DNA from: an uncultured Chloroflexia bacterium
GTDB taxonomy: Bacteria; Chloroflexota; UBA6077; JACCZL01
Length of the DNA stretch: 64,000 nucleotides
Assembly: GCA_963765765.1 (NCBI GenBank)
Contig: CAVXYC010000020.1
Location: forward strand, 352,001 to 416,000
Direction: 5' to 3'
Numbering within the stretch: position 1 is the stretch's first letter; the number at the start of each line of letters is the position of its first letter. Positions 53,214 through 64,000 of the stretch are shown here, one piece after another. A model generated the notes under the pieces. The model made no database searches and was not told the origin of the DNA. It saw only the letters and a list, made by a program, of their open reading frames with translations. A program made the position numbers and the translations under genes.

Positions 53214-53327
53214 GTCTAACGGAAACGCGTTCAGATAGGGGGCATGATCATAAATGCGGCCGGCGAGCGTAGCGAGCAAGGCCGCTTCAGCAGTGATCGC
53301 CCCGACAGCAGCAACGCGGTGTTAGAA
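53214..53327 (-). mobile_element. solitary integron attC site
   Basis: Minus strand TTCTAAC ACCGCGTTGCTG..GGGCGATCA..GCGGCC..GCTCGCTACGCTCG..GGCCGC..TGATCATGCCC..CTGAACGCGTTTCC GTTAGAC: R'' and R' (GTTRRRY) boxes around a long imperfect palindrome. Confidence 0.7.
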
Positions 53328-53660
53328 CTCACAACGCCCTGTGCGCTGACTAAAGATCAGATGGGGTCGGAGAAGCCAGCGAACTCAGCTGGGTGCCGAC
53401 CGCGACGGCGCACTCGCGCCGGAGTTCGGTGAGCAGTAAGCGCGGACGGACGACCGGCGTGAGCAGCTCCGCGACGCCGCGGTAGCCATCATCTGATGCT
53501 TTCGGCCAACCAGCTGCAAAATGCTGGACGCGGCGAGCGACGGACCGTACAACTGGAACGACTGATCGCGTGGTCAGTCGAGAGCTCTGGTGGGACTGAG
53601 ATTTCGCCCGCCATCGCAAACCCCGCTCAAGGCGGGAGGGTAGTGCCAAGGAGGTAAGAA

Positions 53661-54509
53661 GTGGCTGAGCACATCAACGGACCTCTCTACTGGGAGCAGC
53701 TGGGCAAGAGTGGACTGCCGGTGGCGTTCGTACATCCCAATCCGATGGACCACACCTGCTGGATCTACCAGATGGCGCACCTCTCGACCTGGTTCCGCTG
53801 CATCGGCATCGATCTGCCTGGCTACGGCAAGTCTCCGAAGGCCTTGCCTGGCTTGACGATGCAGGACATTGCGCAGGCATGCTGGGAAGCGATCGAGGAT
53901 GTCACGACCGACCCAGCGATCATCGTCGGCGAATCAGTCGGATCGAGCGTGGTCCAGCACATGGCCAACATGCGGCCGGAGCAGACCCTGGCCGTAGTCG
54001 TTTCGGGTACCGGGTTTGGCGGAAACAAGGATTTCACGATCAAGCGTCGCCGCGAGTACAGCGCCCGCGGAGTCGCCTTCCGCCACGACCACACCTTCCA
54101 GGACTACAGCCCCGGGTTTCGCGCCAACCCGCTGGCCAGCTACTTCGCGCGCATCTTCGTTGAGCGCAACCGCTGGGCAGATGCGGACACCATCGTGGAG
54201 ATGTTCCGCGCGCTCGGCGAGCCCGACCCTGAGTGGCTCCATTCCGGCATCAAAGCGCCGATGCTCGTCATCACGGGGAGCGAGGACAACTCACACGACT
54301 CGACGTGGGAGCTACAGCGCAACGTACCCGACTGCGAAGTCGTCAGCATCGGAGGCGCCGGCCACGCCTGCAATATGGAGCAGCCCTGGGAGTGGGACGC
54401 GATCTTCCTGGAGTTCCTGGAGCGGCGGGGCCTCTTCGAGGGCGTCGGCGCCGACATCGCCTCCACGGGTGCGCCTATCCTTGGAGGGAAGGTGCCCGCC
54501 CGAGCCTAA
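53661..54509 (+). CDS. alpha/beta hydrolase
   Basis: IDLPGYGKS, GESVG, GSED, AGHACNMEQP; AAGGAGG RBS. Confidence 0.9.
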   Translation: MAEHINGPLYWEQLGKSGLPVAFVHPNPMDHTCWIYQMAHLSTWFRCIGIDLPGYGKSPKALPGLTMQDIAQACWEAIEDVTTDPAIIVGESVGSSVVQHMANMRPEQTLAVVVSGTGFGGNKDFTIKRRREYSARGVAFRHDHTFQDYSPGFRANPLASYFARIFVERNRWADADTIVEMFRALGEPDPEWLHSGIKAPMLVITGSEDNSHDSTWELQRNVPDCEVVSIGGAGHACNMEQPWEWDAIFLEFLERRGLFEGVGADIASTGAPILGGKVPARA

Positions 54510-54558
54510 ACCCGGCTCGGAGCGACAGTGCAGCGCAAGGGGCGATCTGCGCAAGGGC

Positions 54559-54700
54559 TCATTCTTCGAAGCAGGCGCGCAGACAGCGAAGCACTTCCTC
54601 GAGCCGCTCGGTTGGGATCGCGCCGTACCCCAGGACGAGGCCCAACCGCGTCGACCTGATCGCTATCGATGAGAGCGGACGGACCCGACGGGCCAGGCGT
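54559..54700 (-). pseudogene. C-terminal remnant of a MocR/GabR-type PLP-dependent regulator
   Basis: VRPLSS..GLVLGYGAIPTERLEEVLRCLRACFEE*. Confidence 0.55.
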
Positions 54701-55272
54701 GGGTTACGTTGGACCCGACCGCAAAGGCCAGCACCCACGGGAGTGTCCAGGCCTGGCTTCCAAGGGACTTAGTTGGTCCACTCACCGGATACCAAGCTGC
54801 CGGGTTCGGCGCGGCCGTTATCCGGAGATAATTCTGCTCTTTACGCTTACAGCGTGGTGTCGGGCCAAGAGCAGGCATTGACTTCGCCAGCCGATTTATC
54901 GGCGCTTGCAAACAACATCCTGGGAAGCAAGGCCGTCCGCGACCGCGCAAACATCCAACGTGTATATCGCGAGACTGAACAGTGCCCTCTACCCCGATGC
55001 GCTTGCTACCGTCCCGGAGTCCCGGATACATGGGGAGCGATGATTACGGCCATCGGATCCGGTGGATCCGAGATCGAGCGAAAGGGCAAAGCTCGGAATA
55101 GAACGCCCTCGATGTCGGGACGGACGCTTTGAGTTCGTTGGTCAACCATCGAAAAGTTCTTAGGTCCGACCAGAGACCATGATTCTCTTGCCAGATTTGA
55201 AGCCAAGGAAGAAAAAGTCCGTTGGTCTAGAGCCGTAAATGGAGGCAGAAACGCGCCGATCCTGAGTTTGGG

Positions 55273-55347
55273 GGCGCGCCCGCCGAGATTCGAACTCGGG
55301 ACCAACGGCTTAGAAGGCCGTTGCTCTATCCACTGAGCTACGGGCGC
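55273..55347 (-). tRNA. tRNA-Arg(TCT)
   Basis: GCGCCCGTAGCTCAGTGGATAGAGCAACGGCCTTCTAAGCCGTTGGTCCCGAGTTCGAATCTCGGCGGGCGCGCC; CCA not fully encoded. Confidence 0.95.
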
Positions 55348-55358
55348 GGAATGTCGGA

Positions 55359-55367
55359 ATTATAACA
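55359..55367 (-). promoter_or_regulatory. extended -10 promoter of tRNA-Arg(TCT)
   Basis: Minus strand TGTTATAAT 11 bp upstream of the tRNA. Confidence 0.6.
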
Positions 55368-55401
55368 GTGGCTTAGAGGGCGCCCGAGGTACGCTGAGCT
55401 G

Positions 55402-56019
55402 ATGACAGTCTGGGGATTTCTGTCCGATATCCATGGCAATCTGCCAGCGCTGGAGCGTGCTCTTTCGCAATGCCGCGAACGTGAAGTGGAGCGGTACGCA
55501 TTCCTGGGCGACTTTCTGGGTCGCGGCAATCCCGATGGCGTCATCGATCGCGTGCGTGAGCTTGGTAGCGTCGTGATCACGGGTAATCGAGACATCGATT
55601 GGGCCGATCGAGTCAGTGAACGGACACGCGAGTACGTGAGCGCACTTCCCCACCGACTCACCTGCAAGTCATTCGTCGTGGCTCATGGGGATCCCAAACT
55701 GGACAAGCAGCTTAACGTCAACGATCTTCGCCGCGGAGCGCCAAAGACCTATGACCTGATGCACGACCTTGGCGTTCGCCTCTACTTCTTCGGGCACACG
55801 CACTATGCCAGGACGTGGACAAAGGAAAGCCGCACTTCGCCGCCTTGTCTCGCACCGTCTTCTCGACTTCAGCTGGCTGAGGTCCAGGATAAGGCCGTGG
55901 TCATCGTGAATGTGGGCACTACGGGATTGCCCTTCCCCGGGAAGGGGCCGGCGTCATTCGTCATTCTGGATGACTCGATTGATGGTTATGTCGAGCATGT
56001 AGTGATTTCGAAGTCGTAA
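55402..56019 (+). CDS. metallophosphoesterase
   Basis: SDIHGN, LGD, GNRD, HG, GHTH, NVG. Confidence 0.9.
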   Translation: MTVWGFLSDIHGNLPALERALSQCREREVERYAFLGDFLGRGNPDGVIDRVRELGSVVITGNRDIDWADRVSERTREYVSALPHRLTCKSFVVAHGDPKLDKQLNVNDLRRGAPKTYDLMHDLGVRLYFFGHTHYARTWTKESRTSPPCLAPSSRLQLAEVQDKAVVIVNVGTTGLPFPGKGPASFVILDDSIDGYVEHVVISKS

Positions 56020-56077
56020 CACGTTTGCTCCCCCTCTGGCACTGTAGCTCCCGCAAGCTCGATGATCAGAAGCCACT

Positions 56078-57139
56078 ATGAGAACACTTGTCATCGGCGG
56101 GACCGGTTACATGGGTCACCGCATGCTCGAGCAGCTACTGGAGCGCGGCCACGACGTTGGCGTGGTCTCGCGGGGCAAGCTGCAGCCGGCGGTTCTTCGG
56201 GACGTCCAGCTTTTTCAGGTGGATCGAAAGGACCGCGATGCATTCGACGCCATGCTTGGCAATGAACAGTTTGATACGGTCATCGACAACATCGCGTACG
56301 ACAGTGCCGATATCGAAGCGTCAGTGCGCACGTTCGGCGGGCGAATCGGCCAATACATCCTTACCAGCACGCTCGGGGTGTATCACGACATCACTCCACT
56401 AGCTCCGTTGCCTGAGCCGGCGGCGGACCTCACGTTTGTTACACCGGAGGGCTACACGAAAGGCGGCGCCGGACACGTAACACTCGGGCATGCCTATGCG
56501 GACCAAAAGCGCCGCTGCGAGTGGCTTCTAACCGAACTCGATCCAGAAGTCTTTCGATTCACCATCATCCGGCCACCAATCGTCGTCGGCCGTGATGACC
56601 GAACCCGGCGGATCTGGTGGTTTGTTCAACGCGTGCTGGACGGCGGACCATTCGTGATTCCTGATTACGGCCCGGGACACTTATTCCGACTCGCTTACGT
56701 GGACGACCTGGCTCGCGCTTACGTCGTAGCGGCTGGAAATCCGGCGGCGATGGGCAGGATTTACAACGTCAACAATCCGGAGATTTTCTCCGCCGAAACG
56801 TGGATCGAGGCACTTGGGATAGCGTTGGGTCGCGAAACGTCGTCCGAACGGATCCCAGTTGATCGGCTCGCCAGCGTAGGACTCGAAGGTTATGCGATGC
56901 CCATCGCGGCCCGCCCCTACGGGAACAACATGGGTGATGTCTGTGCGATTCGTTCAGACCTGGGATTCGAGTTCACGCCCCAGGAAGAATGGATTAAAGA
57001 CACGGCTCAGGGCTGCGCGGACAACCCACCTGCTGGAGATTCCGATGGCTACGACCGGCGCTCCGCTGAGCTAGCTGGCGGCCAGAGGATCAGAGCCGCG
57101 CGCGAGCGGATGCTACAGGAGCTTTCGAACGGGACCTAA
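56078..57139 (+). CDS. NAD-dependent epimerase/dehydratase
   Basis: IGGTGYMG, YADQK, IRPPIVVG, YVDDLA. Confidence 0.9.
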   Translation: MRTLVIGGTGYMGHRMLEQLLERGHDVGVVSRGKLQPAVLRDVQLFQVDRKDRDAFDAMLGNEQFDTVIDNIAYDSADIEASVRTFGGRIGQYILTSTLGVYHDITPLAPLPEPAADLTFVTPEGYTKGGAGHVTLGHAYADQKRRCEWLLTELDPEVFRFTIIRPPIVVGRDDRTRRIWWFVQRVLDGGPFVIPDYGPGHLFRLAYVDDLARAYVVAAGNPAAMGRIYNVNNPEIFSAETWIEALGIALGRETSSERIPVDRLASVGLEGYAMPIAARPYGNNMGDVCAIRSDLGFEFTPQEEWIKDTAQGCADNPPAGDSDGYDRRSAELAGGQRIRAARERMLQELSNGT

Positions 57140-57210
57140 AGGACGAAAGGGACATCGGGACACCAATCGACGAAGAGGCGTCCCTGATGTCCCTTTCGTC
57201 CTTTAGGTCC
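57132..57210. terminator. long hairpin between convergent genes, built from about 9-bp GGAC units
   Basis: ggacctaaaggacgaaagggacatc / gatgtccctttcgtcctttaggtcc. Confidence 0.7.
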
Positions 57211-57217
57211 TTGCTAG

Positions 57218-58885
57218 TTACAGGGCCCGCAGCTCGCGCTCTTCTCCCCATACATTTCGTAGAGCGTCAGAGATCTCACCGAGGGTGCACAGCGCTTCCA
57301 CGCACTCGACAATGATCGGCATTGTGTTGTCACGGCCTCTTGCAGCAGTCTCAAGCTTTGCTAGCAGTCGCTGCGCGCCCGCGGAGTCTCGCTTCGCTTT
57401 GACAACCTCTATACGGTCGATCTGTCGCTGGCGAGCGGCCGGATCCGGTCGCAGCAGTTCGGGCTCAGCTTCGGGCTCTTCTTCCTGAAATGCGTTGAGC
57501 CCCACGATCACCCGCTCGCCCGACTCGACCTCACGCTGGAAACGGTAGGCGCTTTCTGAAATCTCGGCCTGGATGTAGCCCCGCTTGACCGCTTGAAGCG
57601 CACCACCCATGTCATCGATGCGCTGAATATAGTCACGAGCGTCCGACTCGAGCCGATCGGTGAGCCACTCAACGTAGTAGGATCCGGCGAGAGGATCTAT
57701 CACCTCACCCACACCACTCTCGTGCGCCAGGATCTGCTGCGTCCGGAGGGCTGTTCTGGCCGATTCCTCAGTGGGTAGCGCGAGGGCCTCATCACGGGCG
57801 TTCGTGTGCAGCGACTGCGTACCGCCAAGCGCCGCGGCCAACGCTTGCACCGTCACGCGGACGACGTTGTTCTGAATCTGTTGAGCCGTAAGGGTGACGC
57901 CGGCAGTCTGGGTATGGAAGCGAAGCATCCATGACCTCTGGTCATTCGCCTTATATCGATCGCGCATGATGTGCGCCCATAGCCGCCGAGCCGCTCGAAA
58001 CTTAGCCACTTCCTCGAGCAGATCGTTGTGCGCATCGAAGAAGAAGGCCAGCCTGGGCGCGAAGGCGTCGATCTCGAGCCCCGTTGCTAGAGCAGCGTCC
58101 ACATAACAGATTGCATTCGCCAGCGTGAAGGCGAGCTCCTGTACAGCCGTGGCGCCGGCTTCGCGCATGTGGTAGCCGCTGATGCTGATTGGGTTCCAGC
58201 GCGGCATCTCGGCGCTGCAGTACGCGAACGTATCTGAGATCAAGCGAATGGACGGCTCAGGTGGATAGATGTAGGTCCCGCGAGCAATGTACTCCTTGAG
58301 GATGTCGTTCTGGGTCGTTCCCGATAGCGCTTCCGGCGATACCCCCTGACGCTTACCCACCGCGATGTACAGCGCCAGGAGAATCGGCGCAGTGGCGTTG
58401 ATCGTCATAGACGTGCTGACCTTATCCAGCGGAATACCGTGGAATAGCATCTCCATGTCTTCCACGGTATCGATGGCAACGCCAACCTTACCGACCTCCC
58501 CTTCCGCCAGGGGATGGGAAGAGTCGTAGCCCATCTGCGTCGGCAGGTCGAACGCTACCGAGAGGCCAGTTTGCCCTCGATCCAATAGGTAGCGATACCG
58601 AGCGTTGGATTCCTCGGCTGTGGCATACCCCGCGTACTGGCGCATGGTCCAGAAGCGGCCGCGATACATGGTCGGCTGGACGCCCCGTGTATATGGGAAC
58701 TCGCCCGGAAATCCCAGTTGCTCTTCCGGACTCCATTGCGCCAGGTCTTCAGCCGTGTAGAGCGGCTGAACCTCGATATCCGAGCCCGTACGGAAGCGCT
58801 TACTGCGCTCCTTGGAGCGCTGCACGGACGGGTCGTAGCGGCGCTGCTTCCACTCCTCAGGGGATTTGGATTGGTCGTCGGTCAT
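57218..58885 (-). CDS. methylmalonyl-CoA mutase, catalytic (N-terminal domain) subunit
   Basis: [55 protein letters not shown]. Confidence 0.95.
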   Translation of the reverse strand: MTDDQSKSPEEWKQRRYDPSVQRSKERSKRFRTGSDIEVQPLYTAEDLAQWSPEEQLGFPGEFPYTRGVQPTMYRGRFWTMRQYAGYATAEESNARYRYLLDRGQTGLSVAFDLPTQMGYDSSHPLAEGEVGKVGVAIDTVEDMEMLFHGIPLDKVSTSMTINATAPILLALYIAVGKRQGVSPEALSGTTQNDILKEYIARGTYIYPPEPSIRLISDTFAYCSAEMPRWNPISISGYHMREAGATAVQELAFTLANAICYVDAALATGLEIDAFAPRLAFFFDAHNDLLEEVAKFRAARRLWAHIMRDRYKANDQRSWMLRFHTQTAGVTLTAQQIQNNVVRVTVQALAAALGGTQSLHTNARDEALALPTEESARTALRTQQILAHESGVGEVIDPLAGSYYVEWLTDRLESDARDYIQRIDDMGGALQAVKRGYIQAEISESAYRFQREVESGERVIVGLNAFQEEEPEAEPELLRPDPAARQRQIDRIEVVKAKRDSAGAQRLLAKLETAARGRDNTMPIIVECVEALCTLGEISDALRNVWGEERELRAL

Positions 58886-58914
58886 TGGCTAATGCGTGTC
58901 GGGCGTTAGCGGAT

Positions 58915-58994
58915 CCCTCACGCCAACCCTCTCCCAGGGGAGAGGGAGCGGTGCTCGCCTCGATCGCAATCTCCCTCTCTCCCTGGGGTGAGGG
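58915..58994. repeat. REP-like inverted repeat (same family as 33938)
   Basis: ccctcacgccaaccctctcccaggggagagggag..ctccctctctccctggggtgaggg. Confidence 0.7.
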
Positions 58995-59013
58995 AGCCAC
59001 GAAAAAGACATGA

Positions 59014-60256
59014 TCAACTCGCCTTCGCTCGCGCCTTCAATCCCTGCCAGAGCATGTTCAAGCCGTCCATCACCGCGCGGCGCTTTACTTCCATGCGCGT
59101 TGTTGACCACACGGCGCTCTCAACCGACACTTCGCCCTGGAAGTCCATAGCAACAAAGCAGGTTCCGGGCCGCTTGTCCTCGAGAGCGTCAGGACCGGCC
59201 ACCCCCGTGGTTGAAATACCGACGTCCGTGCCTAGAGCAAGTCGGACGGCGGAGGCCATTGCGCGCGCGCACTCCTCGCTCACCACACCGTACTTCTCAA
59301 TGGTCTCAGCGCGGAACGCCGTACTGCATTTTCAGCTCGGGCGTATACGTGATAAGCGAGCCCTTGAAATACGCCGAGCTTCCCGCGGCGTCAGTGAAAT
59401 ACGAAGCCAGCAAGCCGCCGGTGCAGGACTCCATGGTCCCCACGGTGAGCCCGGCGTCCTTCATCAGCTTGCCGACCACGGCTGACAAGGTCTCGTCCTC
59501 ATAGCCGTACACCCAATCGCCAATCAGCTCGCGAACCTCGACCTCGAAATCGTCGATGAGCTTTTCCGCCACGTCTCGACTCTCCGCCTTGGCGCCCATC
59601 CGGAGATGCACACCGTCATTCTTGGCGTACGTCGCCAGCGTGGGGTTCGTTGATCGAATGAGCGGCTGTACTACTTCCTCGGCCGCCGATTCGCCCAGCC
59701 CAACCGTCTTGAGCGTGCGGGTGGCGATGACGCCCGTACCGGCAATGATTTGCAGCTTCGGGAGAATCTGCTCCTCCCACATTTTCCGCATCTCCACCGG
59801 TACGCCCGGCATGGTGGCGATGTACTTGCCGTTGGTCTCAACCCACCAGCCCGGTGCAGTACCGATGGGATTCGGAATCGTGGTGGCGGAAGGGATAAGT
59901 GTTGCCTGCTTGATGTTGCGCTCGGGCATCGGACGGTTGCGGCGGAAATACCACGTTCGCAGGTGATTTTCGAGATCCGCCTGCACTTCCATCGTCTCGC
60001 CAAGAGCAGCGGCAATCGCCTCGCGGGTGAGATCATCCTCAGTTGGCCCGAGACCGCCAGTCATGATAAGTAAGTCTGACCGATCGAGCGCCTGCAGCAC
60101 AGCGTTGGTAAGCCTGGTGTGGTTGTCACCGATGTGCGAGATGTAATAGAGATCGATACCGAGGCCGGACATCTGCTGCGACAGGTATTGTGAGTTCGTA
60201 TCCAGGATCTCTCCGAGCAGGAGCTCAGTTCCTACCGCGATGATCTCCGCCTTCAT
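59014..60256 (-). CDS. cinA: competence/damage-inducible protein A (frameshift near 59300)
   Basis: AEIIAVGTELLLG..DTN, GGLGPTEDDLT, ESCTGG, STTGVAGP. Confidence 0.93.
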
Positions 60257-60807
60257 CAGGACTCCCCCTCCACCGTAACCAGGACAAAGCCCTGCTCCAC
60301 GGTCTGCGCCTCCTCGGCGTGGACCGCGGCGACGCGACCATCGCGTGGGCTCGTCAGCTCATTCTCCATCTTCATAGCCTGAAGCACCACGAGTCGCTCG
60401 CCGCGCTTCACAGCCTGGCCAACCTCGACAGGAATTGCCACGATCAGTCCCGGCATCGGTGCCTTTACGTCAAGCTTGGATGCGGAGCCACCCGCCGCAC
60501 GCGTAAGCGCAGCAAGCTGGCGAGCCCGCTCGTCAACCACGCTAACCGAGTACTGCCGTCCCCCGACGACGATGCGTCCTTCGCCACCACGCACCTGCCC
60601 GAAGACTTCGTGCCAGCGATTGCCTAACCGCACCATCCAGCGATGCGGCCCGAGCTTCCGAACTGTCGCCGGCTCGTCTGAGTCGTCAGAACTAACGAGA
60701 AGCTGAATTCCGTCCGTGGAAATGGCAACTTCGACATCTTGATCATCAATAGTGACACTTGCCCGTCGGACGAGGCGGGCGGTCATGGACGTCTCGAACC
60801 GACGCAC
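60256..60807 (-). CDS. biotin carboxyl carrier protein
   Basis: APMPG and AMKMENE biotinylation motif. Confidence 0.9.
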   Translation of the reverse strand: MRRFETSMTARLVRRASVTIDDQDVEVAISTDGIQLLVSSDDSDEPATVRKLGPHRWMVRLGNRWHEVFGQVRGGEGRIVVGGRQYSVSVVDERARQLAALTRAAGGSASKLDVKAPMPGLIVAIPVEVGQAVKRGERLVVLQAMKMENELTSPRDGRVAAVHAEEAQTVEQGFVLVTVEGES

Positions 60808-60820
60808 GAGTTGGAGAAGG

Positions 60821-62348
60821 TCATCGAGTTTGCAGGCCCGCGAGGCGGCCAGCCTTTGCCCAGGCGCTCATGCCGTCGGATGACTCCGACGGAGCGCTGT
60901 TCGGCTTGGCCGCCTCGGACCGCTGGTCCTCGACCAGAACTGCCAGCACACCGACTGTGGGATCGACAACTTCATCGTACTCCGTGGGCCAGACGCGCTC
61001 CAGCCAGCCCGTATCCACCGCACCCTGTTGAAAATCAGCTCGACCGAGGATCCACTGATGCAGAGGGGTATTGGTAGTGGGCCCCAGAACCACGAGCTCT
61101 TCCAATGCTCGCCGCATCCGCGCCAGCGCCTGTGCGCGGTCGGCCCCCCAGGTACACAACTTCGCCAGGAGCGGATCGTAGTAGACGCTCACTTCGAGGC
61201 CCGGACTCCAGAGCACCATCTATCCGCACACCTGGTCCCGACGGCAATCGAGCTTCCAACACCGTGCCAATTGAGGGAAGGAATCGGTTCCCCGCATCCT
61301 CGGCATAGATTCGACACTCGATGGCCGCGCCACGATGATCTATTGCCTCCTGGCCATAGCCGAGCGGTTCGCCAGCCGCGATACGAAGCTGCTCTCGCAC
61401 CAGGTCAATTCCGGTGACTAGCTCCGTGACGGGATGCTCCACCTGCAGGCGAGCATTGACCTCCAGGAAATAGAAGTCGCCATTGGCGTCGAGCAGGAAC
61501 TCCACGGTACCGGCATTCCGATAACCCGATGCCAGCGCCGCGTCAACGCCCGCCTGTCCGAGCCGTGCGCGCAGCTCGGCATCCACGACCGACGACGGCG
61601 ACTCTTCGATGACCTTCTGGTGCCGCCGCTGAATACTGCACTCGCGCTCCCCGAGGTGCACCGCGTTTCCGTGGTGGTCGGCCAGAATTTGGACCTCCAC
61701 GTGACGCGGCCGCTCTAGGTACCGCTCCACGTAGAGCGATCCGTCACCGAACGCGGCGGTGGCCTCGCTGGCAGCAGTTCGGAACGCGGCCTCGATCTCT
61801 TCGGGTCGATGCACCACACGCATGCCCTTGCCGCCGCCGCCTGATACAGCCTTAAGCGCAATTGGATAACCGACATCCTCGGCGGCTTCTGCCGCGAGTT
61901 TGGGCGTGGCCAGCGCCTCCAGCACACCGGGCACGACCGGAACGCCTGCCGCCTGCATGACTTTTCGTGCTGACGTCTTGCTGCCAAGCAGCCGCATCGC
62001 TTCCGGCGTTGGGCCAATGAACGTAAGTCCGGCATCTCGGCACGCTTCAGCAAAGTCGGGATTCTCTGAAAGGAAACCATAGCCGGGATGGATGGCGTCT
62101 GCTCCCGATTCCCGTGCCGCGGTGAGAACCTTCTCAAAGCTCAAATACGACTCGGCCGCCGTGGCACCCTGAAGCGGAATCGAAAGGTCGGCCATGCGAA
62201 CGTGCGGCCATTCGATGTCCGGTTCGCTGTAGACGGCCACACTCTCGATGCCCGCATCGCGACAACCGCGTATGACGCGAACGGCGATCTCTCCTCGGTT
62301 GGCAACTAGCACCCGACGAATCGGGCGCTTAGAGGGGGATGTTGCCAT
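60821..62348 (-). CDS. accC: biotin carboxylase subunit (frameshift near 61210)
   Basis: [58 protein letters not shown]. Confidence 0.93.
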
Positions 62349-63924
62349 GCTTCTTGGGCGGGTTTTGATCGCGTTTGTTTCGAATCATCTCGAGCGCCGC
62401 AATGAGCTTGGGGCGGGTCTCGGCGGGCTCAATGACTTCATCAATGTAGCCTCGAGAAGCTGCGACGTAGGGGTTCGCCAGTCGCTCACGATAATCAGCT
62501 TCGAGCCGACGACGCTCTGCTTCGGGGTCAGATGCATTGGCAAGCTCTTCGCGGAAGATGATGTTCACGGCACCTTCAACGCCCATGACAGCGATCTCCG
62601 CTGTGGGCCAGGCGTAGTTGATGTCACCGCGAATGTGCTTGCTGCTCATGACGTCATAGGCGCCGCCGTAGGCCTTCCGCGTGATGAGCGTTATCTTCGG
62701 AACCGTGGCTTCACAGTAGGCGTACAGCAGCTTGGCGCCGTGACGAATGATGCCACCCTGCTCCTGCACCAGTCCTGGCATGAAGCCCGGCACGTCCACG
62801 AGCGTCACAATTGGAATGTTGAAGCAATCACAGAAGCGGACGAACCGCGCGCCCTTCACCGACGAAGCGATGTCGAGGACGCCGGCGAGCGACAACGGTT
62901 GCTGCGCAACGATGCCGACCGTTCGACCACCGAGCCGAGCGTACCCCACAAGCAAGCTCTTACCGTAATCGGCCTGCACTTCGAAGAACTCGCCATCGTC
63001 GACCACCGACTGTATGACCTCGCGCATGTCATACGACCGTGTTGGCTGATCGGGAATGATCGAGCTGAGCCGGTCGTCCTGCCTATCGATCGGATCGGAG
63101 GCAGGCAACGCAGGCGGGTCTTCTACGTTATTGGATGGGATAAAGCTGAGCAGTCTTCGAACCTGAAGCAGACACTCGACCTCGTTATCCGCGGCAAAGT
63201 GCGCGACGCCGCTAATGCTGTTATGCGCGTCCGCTCCGCCCAGGTCCTCAAAGGTCACGTCCTCATGCGTCACGGCTTTTACTACGTTTGGCCCGGTGAC
63301 AAACATGTGGCTCGTCCCACGGACCATGAAAATGAAGTCCGTGAGGGCGGGCGAATAGACAGCGCCGCCAGCGCACGGCCCCAGAATGGCGGAGATCTGT
63401 GGAATCACGCCGGAAGCCATCACATTGCGCTGGAAGATGTCCGCGTAGGCGCCGAGACTCACAACGCCTTCCTGAATGCGGGCGCCGCCTGAATCGTTCA
63501 GTCCGATCACCGGTGCACCGGCCTTCATGGCCAATTCCATGACCTTGCAGATTTTCTCGCCATGGGCCTCGCTCAGCGAGCCACCAAAGACGGTGAAGTC
63601 CTGGGAGAACACGAAGACTAATCGACCGTCGACCTTCCCGTATCCTGTGACAACGCCATCGCCAAAGTAGCGCTCATCCGCGAGACCAAATTCCGTAGAG
63701 CGATGCGTAACAAATGCATCGAGCTCCTGGAAACTTCCAGGATCGAGGAGGAGATCTAACCGCTCACGCGCCGTGAGCTTGCCGCGCTCATGCTGTTGCA
63801 TGACACGTCGCTCACCGCCGCCGGCGAGCGTTTGCTCGCGCAGTCGCTGCAGCTCCTCGATCCGCTCAGCGGTCGTCAGAGGAGTCCACTCCTTCGGCGT
63901 CGACCGCCGATCACGAATCGCCAT
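62329..63924 (-). CDS. pccB: acyl-CoA (propionyl-CoA) carboxylase carboxyltransferase subunit
   Basis: [44 protein letters not shown]; clustered with the mutase. Confidence 0.92.
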   Translation of the reverse strand: MAIRDRRSTPKEWTPLTTAERIEELQRLREQTLAGGGERRVMQQHERGKLTARERLDLLLDPGSFQELDAFVTHRSTEFGLADERYFGDGVVTGYGKVDGRLVFVFSQDFTVFGGSLSEAHGEKICKVMELAMKAGAPVIGLNDSGGARIQEGVVSLGAYADIFQRNVMASGVIPQISAILGPCAGGAVYSPALTDFIFMVRGTSHMFVTGPNVVKAVTHEDVTFEDLGGADAHNSISGVAHFAADNEVECLLQVRRLLSFIPSNNVEDPPALPASDPIDRQDDRLSSIIPDQPTRSYDMREVIQSVVDDGEFFEVQADYGKSLLVGYARLGGRTVGIVAQQPLSLAGVLDIASSVKGARFVRFCDCFNIPIVTLVDVPGFMPGLVQEQGGIIRHGAKLLYAYCEATVPKITLITRKAYGGAYDVMSSKHIRGDINYAWPTAEIAVMGVEGAVNIIFREELANASDPEAERRRLEADYRERLANPYVAASRGYIDEVIEPAETRPKLIAALEMIRNKRDQNPPKKHGNIPL

Positions 63925-64000
63925 CTATGCTGACCCTAACGTTGGTTTACTGGAGCCAGTCTCTCGCGCCCCCGAAACGGGGTCGGCACCGGCCAAAGTC

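Noticed and set aside
54773-55132. 119-aa ORF next to tRNA-Arg(TCT) as an integrase remnant
   Set aside because: No tyrosine- or serine-recombinase motifs are visible.
62248-63492. 414-aa + strand ORF
   Set aside because: Antisense shadow of pccB caused by codon bias; no motifs.

Overview
GC-rich bacterial window; gene content and repeat style suggest Chloroflexota (inference). Many single-base frameshifts, including in housekeeping genes (glpK, msrP, cinA, biotin carboxylase), point to an error-prone long-read assembly, so most split ORFs are treated as intact genes. There are two core-like blocks: about 23-40.5 kb (glycosyltransferases, IclR/Rieske oxygenase catabolic genes, msrPQ, glpK) and 55.4-64 kb (methylmalonyl-CoA mutase, cinA, propionyl/acyl-CoA carboxylase). 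Two accessory tracts sit at the 3' ends of tRNA-Arg(TCG) (about 1-22.8 kb) and tRNA-Arg(TCT) (about 41.9-55.3 kb). No integrase is seen in either, but they carry displaced tRNA halves or a pseudo-tRNA, arm-like repeats, an ISAs1 element, a solitary attC site, inverted HNH remnants and repeated DHFR-like/VOC genes. The main highlight is a 13.4-kb att-bounded islet encoding CyTase-PepM, Ppd and Fe-ADH (2-hydroxyethylphosphonate), a sulfotransferase-fold enzyme with an altered 5' loop, a CysC-like kinase fused to a hydrolase, a Cj1419-like methyltransferase, ACP, an acyl ligase and TylF. My hypothesis is a PAPS-mimic (MeOPN-like) phosphonate activation and transfer system.
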